Shown piece after piece: positions 63,009-64,000 of a stretch of DNA of 64,000 nt (positions are counted from its first letter, which is position 1; every line of letters begins with the position of its first letter). The DNA comes from Candidatus Woesearchaeota archaeon (GTDB lineage: Archaea > Nanobdellota > Nanobdellia > Pacearchaeales > GW2011-AR1), in the NCBI GenBank assembly GCA_964409555.1, contig CAYPDP010000002.1:6975-70974 (forward strand), written 5' to 3'. The notes under the pieces are model-generated. The model was not told where the DNA came from. It made no database searches and saw nothing but the letters and a program-made list of their open reading frames with translations. A program made the position numbers and the translations under genes.

Positions 63009-63491
63009 TTATTTTTTTTGTTTCTTTTTAATTCCTGCACCTTTTCTTCTATTTTTCCTAAAATTAGATTTTGTCTTTTGACCTCTCAGAGGCAATCCAG
63101 ACATATGTCTATATCCTTTGTAGGATTTTATTTTTTTTAATCTTTTAATATCAAATTCCTTACGTAATTCTAAATCACTTCCAATAAGATGTTTACTCTC
63201 CCCTGTTTCAAAATCATTTCTTCTATTTAATAAAAAATTAGGAAGTTTAGAAGTTTTCATAAGTTCAGATATTTTATCTACTTCTTCAACAGTTAAAGAT
63301 CCTATCATTCTTTTTTTATCAAAACCTAATAATTTGCAAATAGCATTAGATAAAGTCCATGAAACTCCTTTAATTTTTGTAAAACCAGGGTAAAGTTTCA
63401 TTTTACCTTCGATATCTTTTGAGAGAATTCTTACTACTCTTTCTTCATATTTTTTATCTTCATTCATATTAGATTGTATTTTTTGTTCCAT
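63009..63491 (-). CDS. rps13: 30S ribosomal protein S13 (uS13)
   Basis: VRILSKDIEGKMKLYPGFTKIKGV and YKGYRHMSGLPLRGQKTKSN. ATG at 63491 lies 1 nt after the upstream stop; the track's start at 63521 overlaps the upstream gene. Confidence 0.92.
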   Translation of the reverse strand: MEQKIQSNMNEDKKYEERVVRILSKDIEGKMKLYPGFTKIKGVSWTLSNAICKLLGFDKKRMIGSLTVEEVDKISELMKTSKLPNFLLNRRNDFETGESKHLIGSDLELRKEFDIKRLKKIKSYKGYRHMSGLPLRGQKTKSNFRKNRRKGAGIKKKQKK

Positions 63492-63492
63492 T

Positions 63493-64000
63493 TTAATAAG
63501 TAAACAATTTGTATCTTTCAAAATTTGTTAATTCTTGAAATATTCTTTTCTCAACAGCTTTTTCAGGATGAGGTAAATTATGTATTCTTTCCCTCATATC
63601 TTCAAAACTTTCAAAAGGTTTTTCTTCCCTTTGATTTATTATTTCATTCATATGTTTTTTTCCAAGACCTGGAAGAAGTTCTATTTGATGTATTCTTTTA
63701 TTTATTGCTTCTGCCTTATTGAAAAAATCTACAAATTCTTTCTCCCTTTCCTTTACAACTTGATTTATAAATTCTTCTAATTGTTGTTTTGCAGATTCAG
63801 TGATTTTTTCTTTTTGAATCCTTCCTGAAATATAATATATTTTTTCTCTTTTACCTTCCCCAATATAAACTCTCTCTCCAATTTCCAAAGATATTCCTCT
63901 TCGAGGAATTAATTCTAAAAGGATTAAATTCTTCTCCCCTATAGCTTGAGCTATTGGAATTATTTTTCCCTCTAAAGGATACCCATTCGGTAAAAATTCT
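63493..64000 (-). CDS. DUF655/COG1491 OB-fold plus helix-hairpin-helix nucleic-acid-binding protein; the 5' end runs off the right edge
   Basis: LLPGLGKKHMNEIINQREEKPFESFEDMRERIHNLPHPEKAVEKRI. The frame stays open upstream of the track's ATG (EFLPNGYPLEGKIIPIAQAIGEKNLILLELIPRRGISLEIGERVYIG) to the window edge. Confidence 0.8.
   Translation of the reverse strand, partial: EFLPNGYPLEGKIIPIAQAIGEKNLILLELIPRRGISLEIGERVYIGEGKREKIYYISGRIQKEKITESAKQQLEEFINQVVKEREKEFVDFFNKAEAINKRIHQIELLPGLGKKHMNEIINQREEKPFESFEDMRERIHNLPHPEKAVEKRIFQELTNFERYKLFTY

Noticed and set aside
13931-63521. Upstream alternative starts used by the ORF track (13931 L23, 20391 L6, 23484 L15, 28604 SpoIIM-like, 42977 aIF5A-like, 63521 S13, 4719, 29665)
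   Set aside because: An ATG placed 1-5 nt after the upstream stop, or at the 26-nt TATA spacing, gives a better model. The longer versions overlap neighbouring genes or add non-conserved residues. The calls at 4719 and 29665 remain uncertain.
24353-63780. Other antisense or embedded track ORFs (24353..24559, 26794..27024, 31703..31930, 43117..43368, 45791..46165, 47317..47529, 52038..52358, 57482..57694, 58431..58712, 59067..59342, 61249..61578, 62087..62350, 63525..63722, 63580..63780)
   Set aside because: Each overlaps a longer gene with clear family motifs on the other strand or frame. None has a promoter box at the characteristic 26-nt spacing.

Overview
This is a very AT-rich archaeal chromosome segment. 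GC-rich islands coincide with the tRNAs. Gene content and order fit a small-genome, DPANN-like archaeon, but that taxonomic call is inference. The supporting features are an L1-P0-P1 operon, an L3-to-L15-SecY ribosomal superoperon carrying eS4, eL32, eL19 and aSUI1, an S13-S4-S11-RpoD operon, AglB, AMP phosphorylase, tRNAs with 37/38 introns, and K/E-rich tails on ribosomal proteins. No database search was possible, so all functional calls rest on motifs I could read in the translations and on gene order. Layout: (1) 1-12 kb holds mixed genes: an esterase remnant, GH15, L1/P0/P1, an XPD-like helicase, tRNA-Ser, AMP phosphorylase, an AI-2E permease, unknown ORFs and a broken HTH gene. (2) 12.1-27.1 kb holds the ribosomal superoperon followed by SecY, a DUF106/YidC-like protein and prefoldin alpha. 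(3) 27-29.5 kb holds an esterase, a small ORF interrupted by an in-frame stop, and a SpoIIM-like membrane protein. (4) 29.5-58.1 kb is a glycosylation island of about 28 kb. It carries AglB, a GPT, three GT-C enzymes in total, two flippases, many GT2/GT4 genes, a GT9-Nudix fusion, a B12-radical SAM enzyme, Gmd plus ColD-like plus Fcl/ColC-like genes, and UXS. (5) 58.1-64 kb holds SecDF, tRNA-Gly/Arg/Leu, and RpoD-S11-S4-S13-DUF655. The most unusual signal is a family of 55-60 nt double-hairpin inserts with three copies. Each one splits a duplicated piece of a tRNA gene or of its flank, and an intact copy lies next to it. At tRNA-Ser the only well-spaced promoter sits in front of the interrupted copy. 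Other leads: an unknown ORF translationally coupled between S14 and S8, a GT9-Nudix fusion, a probable GDP-colitose (3,6-dideoxyhexose) module, an aIF5A N-domain-only protein, a Zn-ribbon microprotein leading the aglB operon, K/E-rich modules shared at the DNA level between ribosomal protein genes, and a regular TATA-to-ATG spacing of about 26 nt that implies mostly leaderless mRNAs.
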